NCBI GenBank assembly: GCA_019245575.1
Contig: JAFARE010000003.1
Location: 9,948-73,947 of the forward strand
Length of the DNA: 64,000 nt
Reading direction: 5' to 3'
Origin: Candidatus Dormiibacterota bacterium
GTDB lineage: Bacteria; Chloroflexota; Dormibacteria; Aeolococcales; Aeolococcaceae
Shown here in pieces: positions 28,545-36,122 of the stretch (the first letter of the stretch is position 1; every line of letters begins with the position of its first letter). The translations under genes and the position numbers were made by a program. A model generated the notes under the pieces. It was not told the DNA's origin and ran no database searches. It saw only the letters and a list, made by a program, of their open reading frames with translations.

Positions 28545-29085
28545 CCAGCTCCTGCTCCGGCGGTAGCACGAAGCCGACCTCCAGCGCCTCGGCGAGGGCG
28601 CGCAGGCGCGCGTAGAACCCGGCGGTGTGGGGCGAGCGGTCGAGCCCCAGGCCGGCGAAGTCGAAGTGGTGCGTCCACTCGTGCAGCACCGTGTTGAGGA
28701 AAACCTTGGGGCTGATCACCTGCTGCCGCACGGCGGTGCGGTGGTAGATGCGGATCCGCGCGTTCGCCACCTCGCCGTCGCGGAAGTCGCACTGGTAGTA
28801 GCCGTACGTCTTGCTCTGCAGGCGCCGGCCGTCGTGCTGGTGCGCCTGGGCGCGGTCCGCGACGGAGACACGACAGTGGGGGAGCGCGGCGACGTCGTCC
28901 AGGTCGTCGACGAGCAGCTGCGCCAGCCGCATGCGTTCGCGATGGTCGTCGGGCGCATGGGCGATGCGCATCGCGAGCCCCCGGCTCACCGCGCTCGGTC
29001 GGACCGGGAGTCCGGACGCGGCCTGGCTGCGAAGGTACGAGGCGTCGGCGGGACGGTAGCGGCGACCGAACATTTGCTCCCTCAA
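28519..29085 (-). CDS. putative zinc metallopeptidase (HExxH, SprT/WLM-like)
   Basis: 188 aa with 'VFLNTVLHEWTHHFDF', an HExxH motif. The family assignment is tentative. Confidence 0.5.
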   Translation of the reverse strand: MREQMFGRRYRPADASYLRSQAASGLPVRPSAVSRGLAMRIAHAPDDHRERMRLAQLLVDDLDDVAALPHCRVSVADRAQAHQHDGRRLQSKTYGYYQCDFRDGEVANARIRIYHRTAVRQQVISPKVFLNTVLHEWTHHFDFAGLGLDRSPHTAGFYARLRALAEALEVGFVLPPEQELVTHLSPAG

Positions 29086-29157
29086 GTATAGGGTCGGCTC
29101 GCTGGCTACGATGCTCGCGCGTCTCTCACGGTAATTCCCTCTGGAGGTCCGTCCCCG

Positions 29158-29622
29158 ATGGCAAAGAGCAAGGCTCCGCGGAAATCCGCCCCGCCCGCCA
29201 AGCGCGACGCGAAGTCAAAGACATTCTCTGCGGACGAAAAGTCGGCGATGCGGGAGCGCGCCCGGGAGCAGCGCGCGGCCGCCTCCGGTGCTGAAGCGGA
29301 GGAGGAGGTGCTGGCCAAGATCGCCGAGATGACCAAGGCCGACCGTGCCATCGCGGAGCGCCTGCACGCGCTCATCAAGGCGAGCGCCCCCTCGCTGGCG
29401 CCGAGGACGTGGTATGGGATGCCCGCGTACGCAAAGGATGGCCGCCTGGTGTGCCACTTCCAGCCGGCGCAGAAGTTCAAGACGCGCTACGCCACGATCG
29501 GCTTCAGCGACAACGCCAAGCTCGACGAGGGCGCGATGTGGCCCGTTTCGTATGCGCTGAAGGAGCTCACCGCGGCCGAGGAGAAGCAGATCCGCGCGCT
29601 CATCAAGAGAGCGCTGGGCTGA
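29158..29622 (+). CDS. DUF1801 (YdhG-like) domain protein with Lys-rich N-terminal tail
   Basis: '[32 protein letters not shown]' is characteristic of DUF1801. Confidence 0.7.
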   Translation: MAKSKAPRKSAPPAKRDAKSKTFSADEKSAMRERAREQRAAASGAEAEEEVLAKIAEMTKADRAIAERLHALIKASAPSLAPRTWYGMPAYAKDGRLVCHFQPAQKFKTRYATIGFSDNAKLDEGAMWPVSYALKELTAAEEKQIRALIKRALG

Positions 29623-29625
29623 TCC

Positions 29626-30612
29626 GTGTGGATCGCTCCCACGCTTGAGGAGCTGCAGCACCTCAGTGACCGGGAGCGGTTCACCCACGTCGACTCGCTG
29701 TCGGGCAACCGCATGGAGCGGGCGAGCTTCAACGGCGCGGCGGTGGTGCTGAAGTACGTCTCCGTCGACGACGACTGGATCATGCGCGCTGCCGGCGACC
29801 TCGACTGCCGCCTGCTGCGCCTGCTCGCCTCAGACATCCCCGGGCGGCTGCCCGGCTGCATCGACACCGCGGTGATCGCGGTGGCGCCGTACATGTCCCG
29901 AGCCGGGCATGGCGGCGCCGCGTTGCTCATGCGCGACGTCGGCGCGTGGATGGTGCCCACTGGCAGTGACGCGATCGAGGTGGCCAGCAACGAGCGGTTC
30001 ATGGGGAACATGGCGCGAATGCACGCCGCGCTGTGGGGGTATCGCGACACCTTGGAGCTGCTTCCCCTGGCGCATCACTACACCTTCCTCACACCCGTGA
30101 TGGCCGCGCTGGAGGCCGCGCGCGGCGGCTCCGATCCGGTGCCGCGGGCGGTTGCAGAGGGCTGGACCGCGCTGCAGCGGATCGAGCCGCGAATGGCGTC
30201 GACGCTGGGTGATCTCGCTCGCGACCCGGGTCCGCTGGTGGGCGCGCTGCAGGACTCGCCGCGCACATTCATCCACGCTGACTGGAAGCTGGGGAACCTC
30301 GGCGAGCATCCCGACGGGCGCACGATCCTGCTCGACTGGGACCGCTGCGGTGAAGCACCACCATTGTTGGATCTTGCGTGGTACCTGGCGGTCAACTGCG
30401 ACCGCCTGCCGGTGAGCAAGGAAAAAACCATCGCCCTGTACCGGTCCGCGCTCGAGCAGCAGGGGATCGAAACCGGTGCGTGGTGGGAGCGTCAGCTCGC
30501 GCTCGCCCTGACCGGGGCTGCGCTGCAGCTGTGCTGGGCGAAGGTGCACGACGCGGTGGAGCTGGGGTGGTGGCGCGACCGCGTGCTCGAATCGGAGTCA
30601 CTCCTCGCATGA
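29626..30612 (+). CDS. aminoglycoside/choline-kinase-like phosphotransferase (APH fold)
   Basis: Catalytic loop 'IHADWKLGNLG' and 'LLDWDRCG', the Brenner motif plus the Mg-binding Asp. Confidence 0.7.
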   Translation: MWIAPTLEELQHLSDRERFTHVDSLSGNRMERASFNGAAVVLKYVSVDDDWIMRAAGDLDCRLLRLLASDIPGRLPGCIDTAVIAVAPYMSRAGHGGAALLMRDVGAWMVPTGSDAIEVASNERFMGNMARMHAALWGYRDTLELLPLAHHYTFLTPVMAALEAARGGSDPVPRAVAEGWTALQRIEPRMASTLGDLARDPGPLVGALQDSPRTFIHADWKLGNLGEHPDGRTILLDWDRCGEAPPLLDLAWYLAVNCDRLPVSKEKTIALYRSALEQQGIETGAWWERQLALALTGAALQLCWAKVHDAVELGWWRDRVLESESLLA

Positions 30613-31397
30613 GCTCTGCCATGACGGGCGCATACGCCGGCGTTGCCGACGCGTGGGCGGCAGGGCCGGCGCGCGTGTACGACGTGCTCGCCGAGCGAAT
30701 CGTGGCGCACTGCCCCGATGAGGTTGCGGGAAGCCCCGTGCTCGACGCCGGCGCCGGCACGGGCGCGGCGTCACGCGCGCTGCTGCGCCGCGGAGCGCGC
30801 CCGACCGGCGTCGACAGCGCGCCCGACATGGTCGCGAGCATGCGTGCAGCGGGCATCACGGCCGTTGTCGGCGACCTGCTGGCGATGCCGTTCGAGGACG
30901 CGTCGTTCGACGGAGCGGTGGCGGCGTTCGCCATCTCGCATGTGGAGAAGCCTCAGCGCGCGCTTGCAGAGATGCGTCGCGTGGTCCGACGTGGCGGCTT
31001 CGTCGTGTCCGGCGGCTTCGCCGCCGCGTCGCCGGACGAGTCGAAGACCGTCATCGACGCAGCCGCCATGCGTTTCGGCTATGAGTACCCGGAGTGGTAT
31101 CTGCGCTTCAAGGAACAGATCGAACCGCTGGTCAGCGATCCGGTCGCGCTGACGCGGTTCGCGCAGGAGGCCGGCCTTGGTGATGCTCGTGTGGTGGAGG
31201 AGACTGTAGACACAGGAGTTCGTGAGCCCGAGGCAATCGTCGCCGCGCGTCTCGGCATGGCGCACGTCGCGCCCTGGGTCGCCACGCTGACCGCTGAGCA
31301 GCGCACCGCGCTCGTCACGGCCGCGGTGCGAATGCTGGGCCCTGACCCTGCGCCGATCCGGCGCACCATCCTGGTGTTGACGGGCGTGGTGCCGTGA
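30609..31397 (+). CDS. class I SAM-dependent methyltransferase
   Basis: The ATG overlaps the kinase stop (ATGA). Motif I 'VLDAGAGTGAAS', then 'GDLLAMPFEDASFDGAV' and 'EMRRVVRRGGFVV'. Confidence 0.8.
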   Translation: MSSAMTGAYAGVADAWAAGPARVYDVLAERIVAHCPDEVAGSPVLDAGAGTGAASRALLRRGARPTGVDSAPDMVASMRAAGITAVVGDLLAMPFEDASFDGAVAAFAISHVEKPQRALAEMRRVVRRGGFVVSGGFAAASPDESKTVIDAAAMRFGYEYPEWYLRFKEQIEPLVSDPVALTRFAQEAGLGDARVVEETVDTGVREPEAIVAARLGMAHVAPWVATLTAEQRTALVTAAVRMLGPDPAPIRRTILVLTGVVP

Positions 31398-31430
31398 TCC
31401 GCAGCCGGACCGCGCTTACACTGGCTGCTC

Positions 31431-31515
31431 GCCGGGCTGGCGAAATGGCAGACGCGGCGGTCTTAAAAACCGCCGGAGGGCGACCTCCATCCGGGTTCGA
31501 GTCCCGGGCTCGGCA
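31431..31515 (+). tRNA. tRNA-Leu (UAA), long variable arm, CCA not encoded
   Basis: Acceptor GCCGGGC/GCTCGGC, anticodon stem GCGGT/ACCGC with loop CTTAAAA, variable arm GGAGG-GCGA-CCTCC, T-arm CCGGG-TTCGAGT-CCCGG. Confidence 0.9.
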
Positions 31516-31719
31516 AGCCTAGTCGCAGCCCCCTCGTGGCTGACCCACGATCGAGCGGCCGGCGGCGGACACGCGTTTACGGCCGGCGGCCTTCTCTTTA
31601 CCGGTGATCACAACTCTGTGCTGGCCAGCAGCTGGCACAGGCGACAGACTCGCCGCACAAGGGTTACGCAGAGCACCCGTTTTCAGGCGGGCTCTCAACT
31701 TCCCGGCGGGAGACTATCG

Positions 31720-32667
31720 ATGGGGCTCTTTAGACGAGTCGGCTATGCCGCGTTCGTGGTCGGTACTGGCGGAACTGGAGCTGTTGCCAAGTGGGCGGTC
31801 ATGGGTACGGAGGGGAGCCGCCAGCGTAAAAAGCTGATCAAGCTGCAGAAGGAGCAGAACCGCAGGCTTCAAACGATGCACCAACCAGGCCCCGTCGGCC
31901 TCGCGACGTCATTGGTGGAACCACCGCCTATGCAGACCTCGTACGCTGTTGCGACTCCCCAACGACCGCAAGCGACTCCTCCCGTACTTGCCCCGCGCCG
32001 TGAGTGGTCCGGCCAGCTGCCGCCGGGCAGTGCTCCACCACCCCCGCCTCCGCCACCGGACCCTTCGCGTAAGCCGCCCCGGATCAGTAGGCGCGTTTGG
32101 CTCGTAATCGGCGGGTTCACTGTGATCCTGATCGCGGGCGTATCTGCGCTGGCGGCAACCCGTCCCTCCGTCCAGCCGGCAAGTGCGGACCTTCCATCGT
32201 CTGCGCCCTCGACACAAGCGCCCGCGAACTCCGCTCCGACCGACAATTCGCAAGCTGCGCCTCAAACAGCGGCACCAACGGCTTCCGCCGCCGCGCCTCC
32301 CACTTCGGCTCCGACACCGGCTCCGACGCCGCCACCGACGCCGGCCGCGCCCACCCTGACGCCGCAGCAACAGAACGCAGCGCAGGCCGCCCAGCAGTAC
32401 CTGAGCATCCAGGGCTTTTCGCGGCAGGGACTCATTGACCAACTGTCGTCATCTGCCGGCGACGGCTACTCCGTCCCAGATGCGACTGTCGCTGTCGACA
32501 GCCTCAATGTGGACTGGAATGCCGAGGCCGTCCAGGCGGCCAAGAGCTATCTGGCGATGCAGCCTTTCTCATGCAATGGTCTGATCCAACAATTGGACTC
32601 GTCGGCCGGTGATCAGTTCACCGTTGCTCAAGCTACATACGGAGCACAGCATTCGGGAGCGTGCTAG
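31720..32667 (+). CDS. membrane-anchored Pro-rich protein with two C-terminal Ltp (host cell surface-exposed lipoprotein) repeats
   Basis: One TM helix ('VWLVIGGFTVILIAGVSALAA'), a long Pro/Ala/Thr linker, then two repeats: 'AAQAAQQYLSIQGFSRQGLIDQLSSSAGDGYSVPDATVAVDSLNVDW' and 'AVQAAKSYLAMQPFSCNGLIQQLDSSAGDQFTVAQATYGA'. Confidence 0.7.
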   Translation: MGLFRRVGYAAFVVGTGGTGAVAKWAVMGTEGSRQRKKLIKLQKEQNRRLQTMHQPGPVGLATSLVEPPPMQTSYAVATPQRPQATPPVLAPRREWSGQLPPGSAPPPPPPPPDPSRKPPRISRRVWLVIGGFTVILIAGVSALAATRPSVQPASADLPSSAPSTQAPANSAPTDNSQAAPQTAAPTASAAAPPTSAPTPAPTPPPTPAAPTLTPQQQNAAQAAQQYLSIQGFSRQGLIDQLSSSAGDGYSVPDATVAVDSLNVDWNAEAVQAAKSYLAMQPFSCNGLIQQLDSSAGDQFTVAQATYGAQHSGAC

Positions 32668-32702
32668 CGGAGGGCTGTGAGCGTACCCACCACTGCACGC
32701 GA

Positions 32703-32736
32703 GCTCCGCTCCGCCCCTTTTGGGGCGGAGCGGGGC
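32703..32736 (+). terminator. strong GC hairpin after the Ltp-domain gene
   Basis: CCGCTCCGCCCC-TTTT-GGGGCGGAGCGG, a 12-bp perfect stem extendable to about 15 bp, 36 nt after the stop. No U-tract follows. Confidence 0.55.
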
Positions 32737-32798
32737 TGTCACACTACGCAAATCGGAAAGAAAAGCTGGCTTGACGGCCAGAGGACAAGCTCCGTGTA

Positions 32799-32822
32799 GG
32801 TTCGAGCCCGGGCCCGGTAGTC
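32799..32822 (+). repeat. degenerate direct copy of the tRNA-Leu 3' end (att-like)
   Basis: GGTTCGAGCCCGGGCCCGGTAGTC compared with tRNA 31494-31515 GGTTCGAGTCCCGGGCTCGGCA followed by ..TAGTC. There is one indel and two mismatches across the T-loop and acceptor. The upstream bases cannot form a T-stem. Confidence 0.4.
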
Positions 32823-32956
32823 ACTCCGCTGCTTGTTGCGGCAGCAGGTCAGGAGGCCGTCAACGCACGAGCGCGAGCGCGCTTCTTCGCGCGACCCAGC
32901 ACCAATAGCGCCATCGCATGGGATCTTGCGACGCTAGTGCAGACTGATGCTACGTT

Positions 32957-33196
32957 GTGCACGTGAAGATCGACGTCCGCGAGTTGAGAGATCGCATCAC
33001 CGAAGTGCTCGACGCTGTTGAGGCTCGCGAGCGCGTGATTCTGACGGTGCGCGGTCACCCTGTCGCGGACATCGTCCCGCACGCGCCGCGCGGTCGCTGG
33101 CTCCCGGGCGGCTGGCTGGCGGCAGAGCTGAGGGAGCGCGCGGCTGATCCCGCCCTGAGCCACGAGCTGGACGCGACCAACGCCATGCTGTCATGA
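32957..33196 (+). CDS. Phd/YefM-family antitoxin-like protein
   Basis: 79 aa with 'IDVRELRDRITEVLDAVEARERVILTVRGHPVADIVP', the Phd/YefM fold pattern, and a C-terminal tail like Phd-type VapB antitoxins. GTG start. Confidence 0.75.
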   Translation: MHVKIDVRELRDRITEVLDAVEARERVILTVRGHPVADIVPHAPRGRWLPGGWLAAELRERAADPALSHELDATNAMLS

Positions 33197-33819
33197 GACT
33201 TGCGCGATTCTGGTGGACGCTAATCGCCATCGACGTGGCGACCGGTGTCGTCATCAACTTCATCCTCGCGATCGTCGAACCGTCGCCCGCGGGACAGATC
33301 GGGACGAGCCTGCTTCGGTACTTCAGCTACTTCACCGAGGAGAGCAACATCTTCGTGCTGGCGGCGACGATCCCGCTGGCGATGGACCCGCAGCACGACG
33401 GGCGCGCGTGGCGTGTGCTTCGCGTCATGTCGCTGCTGGGCATCACGATCACCGGCCTCGTGTTCGCCATCGTGCTGGCACCGACGAGCCATCCTCACGG
33501 CGCTGGCGTGGCGTCGAACCTCATGCTGCACTACATCTCGCCGGTGGGCTCGATTGCCGGCTGGCTCCTCTTCGGGCCGCGGCCGCGCATCGCCCTCCGC
33601 ACGCTCGCGCAAGCGATCATCTGGCCACTGCTCTGGGTTGGGTACATCCTCGCGCAGGGTCCGGCGACGGGCTGGTACCCCTACGACTTCCTCAACGTGA
33701 CCGTGCACGGATACGGTCGGGTCGGCATCAACCTCGCCTTCATCCTCATCCTCAGTGTTGTGATCCTCGCGTTGCTGCGCCTGGGTGACCGCCTCCCCGC
33801 ATCGAGGGCCGCTGCATGA
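33193..33819 (+). CDS. 6-TM membrane protein, Pr6Pr / FAR-17a-AIG1-like
   Basis: The ATG overlaps the antitoxin stop (ATGA, 33193-33196). Six hydrophobic helices. 'YFSYFTEESNIFV' and 'LMLHYISP' resemble the family motifs. The family call is from memory. Confidence 0.6.
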   Translation: MRLARFWWTLIAIDVATGVVINFILAIVEPSPAGQIGTSLLRYFSYFTEESNIFVLAATIPLAMDPQHDGRAWRVLRVMSLLGITITGLVFAIVLAPTSHPHGAGVASNLMLHYISPVGSIAGWLLFGPRPRIALRTLAQAIIWPLLWVGYILAQGPATGWYPYDFLNVTVHGYGRVGINLAFILILSVVILALLRLGDRLPASRAAA

Positions 33820-34454
33820 GCACGCACATCGAAGAGTTCCACTTCGGCGCCGCCGTGTACACGGCGGACGGCAAGCACATCGGCTCCCTGCGCCGCCTCA
33901 TTGTCGACGGAGAGAGCTTCGATCTGCACGCGCTCGTGGTGAAGGAGACCAGGATGTTCTCGGGACACCACATCGCGGGGACCGGGCTCTTGGAGGACGA
34001 CATCGCCGTTCCGATTGCGGCCGTCTCCAGCGTCACGCATGAGCGCGTCGAGCTGTCGCTCTCAGCCGCCGAAGCGAGACGCACGGCACCCTACCTGACG
34101 TACCAGTACGCGCCCCTCTGCAGGGGCGATCTGGGCCGCATGGCTGTCGCGTTCGCCGGCCAGAGCGCCCACATGCCCAGGCTCATCGAACAGGCTGACA
34201 AGCGCGCGGACGAGCTCGAACTCAATCCAGGCGAGAACGTCATGCTCGGCAGGACCGGTCGCAAGCTCGGGACGGTCCGCGACCTCGTCATCGACGACGG
34301 TGAGCTCGTGGGCGTGGTCGTGCATCCTGAGGGATTCTTCAAGGACGACGTGCTCCTGCAGATCCGGTTCCTGGACCGCAGTGACGACCTCGCCCTCTTC
34401 GTGCACCTCACCGACGAGGATCTTCGGCACCTGCAGCCGTATCACCCGGAGTAG
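33816..34454 (+). CDS. double PRC-barrel domain protein
   Basis: The ATG overlaps the upstream stop (ATGA, 33816-33819). Two repeats of the PRC-barrel pattern: 'VYTADGKHIGSLRRLIVDGES..LHALVVK' and 'VMLGRTGRKLGTVRDLVIDDGELVGVVVH'. Confidence 0.7.
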   Translation: MSTHIEEFHFGAAVYTADGKHIGSLRRLIVDGESFDLHALVVKETRMFSGHHIAGTGLLEDDIAVPIAAVSSVTHERVELSLSAAEARRTAPYLTYQYAPLCRGDLGRMAVAFAGQSAHMPRLIEQADKRADELELNPGENVMLGRTGRKLGTVRDLVIDDGELVGVVVHPEGFFKDDVLLQIRFLDRSDDLALFVHLTDEDLRHLQPYHPE

Positions 34455-34476
34455 CGCGGGCGAGCGAGCGCGGTGC

Positions 34477-34827
34477 TCATCGCTGCGTCGCGGCTGCGAA
34501 CTCGTCGTATGCCGCCAGCGCGCGCGGGCCCCACACGGTCGCCGGTCCACCGTTGAGCAGCACCGCGACACCCATCGCCTCCGCCACCTGTTCGCGCGAG
34601 GCACCGCGTCGCACGGCGCCGCGCGCGTGCGCGGCGATGCAGCCGTCGCACTCCCGCGTCACCGCGATCGCCAGCCCGATCAGCTCCTTCATGCTCGCCG
34701 AGAGCGCGCCGTCCTTGACCACGGCCCGGTGCATGTCCGCGTATGCCGCCCACACCTCAGGAATCGCCTGACGCAGCTCCTGCACGGGGCCGCGCATCTC
34801 GTCGAGCGTCTGCTGAGACTGAGCCAT
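34477..34827 (-). CDS. carboxymuconolactone decarboxylase-family (AhpD-like) protein
   Basis: 'MKELIGLAIAVTRECDGCIAAHARGA', an AhpD-type CxxC. I chose the ATG at 34827 because GGAGGAGG lies about 5 nt upstream. The track ORF starts at 34848. Confidence 0.85.
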   Translation of the reverse strand: MAQSQQTLDEMRGPVQELRQAIPEVWAAYADMHRAVVKDGALSASMKELIGLAIAVTRECDGCIAAHARGAVRRGASREQVAEAMGVAVLLNGGPATVWGPRALAAYDEFAAATQR

Positions 34828-34896
34828 GTCGCCTCCTCCGGTGATCACCTGCGCCGTCGGTGCAGCGTGGCAGATCGACTCGGGGGGCGAAGCGGG

Positions 34897-35571
34897 CTAG
34901 GCGGTTTTCGGCACCAGCACCTCGACATTGTCGCCGTTGGCGCGCACCGTGATCGCCGGCAGCGGCGTGACCAGGTGCGAGTACGCGGTGCCCGAATGCG
35001 GCGTGCCGTCAAGGCTGAAGGTGGCGTAGTGGCACGGGCACACAAAGCGCTCACCGGCCGGGTCGGGGTTCAGGATGCAGCCCTGGTCGGTGCACACGGC
35101 CGACACCGCCTTGAGCTCACCGTTTGCCGCGTAGACGAAGCCGGGGATGCCCGCCGCCGTGAACGCGTGGATGCGCCCCGGCGTGAGCGCGGCGACCGTG
35201 GTCACCGCAACCCACTGGCCGTCGGTGGGCTGGATCGTGCCGCCCGACCCGCTGGGCTCGGTGAGCGCTTCACGCCAGTGCTCGATGCCGAAACCGGCGC
35301 CGATTCCCGCCGCCGCCGCAAGACCCGCGGCAGCCAGGAACCGCCGCCGCTGCGGCATGGGCACGGGTGCCTCTGTCTCCTGGTGCCGCAGCCGGCGGGC
35401 GAGCGAGTCCACAAACTCGGGCGACGGCTCTGCCGAACCCGGATGCGCGGCGTGCAGCGCCGCTGCCAGCTGCATCGCGGGCGCATCGTCTCCGGCTTCG
35501 CCCTCGGGGGGACGCCGGTCCTTGAGCAGCGCGTCGATGTAGCGCTGCAGCCTGCGATCGCGCTTGCTCAT
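34897..35571 (-). CDS. Tat-anchored Rieske-fold protein, putative anti-sigma partner
   Basis: Its start overlaps the sigma-factor stop (ATGA). About 75 aa of cytoplasmic N-terminus, then 'RRRFLAAAGLAAAAGIGAG' (Tat-like signal or anchor), then a Rieske fold 'CTDQGC...CPCH' in which the first His is replaced by Asp. Confidence 0.65.
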   Translation of the reverse strand: MSKRDRRLQRYIDALLKDRRPPEGEAGDDAPAMQLAAALHAAHPGSAEPSPEFVDSLARRLRHQETEAPVPMPQRRRFLAAAGLAAAAGIGAGFGIEHWREALTEPSGSGGTIQPTDGQWVAVTTVAALTPGRIHAFTAAGIPGFVYAANGELKAVSAVCTDQGCILNPDPAGERFVCPCHYATFSLDGTPHSGTAYSHLVTPLPAITVRANGDNVEVLVPKTA

Positions 35572-36098
35572 CGTGCGGGCACCTCCGCCACACCGGCAGC
35601 CCGGCGCAGCGCGCGCAGCTGCATCACCTTGGCGTTGTTCACGCTGATGCCCATGGCTCCGGCGGTCTCCTTTATCGAATAGCCACGCAGGAACCGCAGC
35701 TCCAGCACCTCACGGTAATGCGGCGGAAGCGTGGCGAGGACGGACTCGACGTCGACGCTCGTCGGCTCATCGGGGTGTGTCACGCTCAACGTCTCCTCGT
35801 CGAGCGCATCGGTGTACACGCCGTGGCGCTCGCGCCAGATGTCGGCCATGACGGTGCGTGCCGTGGCCCGCAGGTAGGCCCGCGTCTCAGCCTCGGACAC
35901 GCCGGGCCGGAGGTAGGGAAATGCTCGGACAAAGGTGCTCGACGTGACATCCTCGGCATCGGGCTTGTTGCCGGTTCGGGCATAGACATAGCGGTACAGC
36001 GGGGCGACGTGGGTGCGGTAGATCGCTTCCCAGTCCGCCGGCTCTGGGCCGGTGTCTTCTCCGACGACCCGCAGCGGCGGGGAGTCACCCACAGACAC
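35568..36098 (-). CDS. ECF (sigma-70 family) RNA polymerase sigma factor
   Basis: 176 aa with region 2 'YRTHVAPLYRYVYARTGNKPDAEDVTSSTFVRAF' and region 4 'LPPHYREVLELRFLRGYSIKETAGAMGISVNNAKVMQLRALR'. Confidence 0.85.
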   Translation of the reverse strand: MSVGDSPPLRVVGEDTGPEPADWEAIYRTHVAPLYRYVYARTGNKPDAEDVTSSTFVRAFPYLRPGVSEAETRAYLRATARTVMADIWRERHGVYTDALDEETLSVTHPDEPTSVDVESVLATLPPHYREVLELRFLRGYSIKETAGAMGISVNNAKVMQLRALRRAAGVAEVPAR

Positions 36099-36122
36099 GC
36101 TGCACTGTTGTACGCCGTCGGG

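Larger units (their letters stand above)
31516..32822. mobile_element. putative decayed integrated-element remnant at tRNA-Leu
   Basis: A visibly A/T-richer 1.3-kb segment bounded by the tRNA-Leu 3' end and a degenerate copy of that 3' end (32799-32822). It carries one Ltp-domain gene and no integrase. Confidence 0.35.

Noticed and set aside
31618-31719. Upstream extension of the Ltp-domain ORF ('MLASSWHRRQTRRTRV...').
   Set aside because: It begins only about 100 nt after the tRNA and is basic junk-like sequence. The ATG at 31720 is more plausible, though not certain.
32740-32822. Possible complete second tRNA ending in GGTTCGAGCCCGGGCCCGGTA.
   Set aside because: The upstream bases cannot form a T-stem, anticodon arm or acceptor stem. 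Only the 3' portion resembles tRNA-Leu, so I treat it as an att-like partial repeat.
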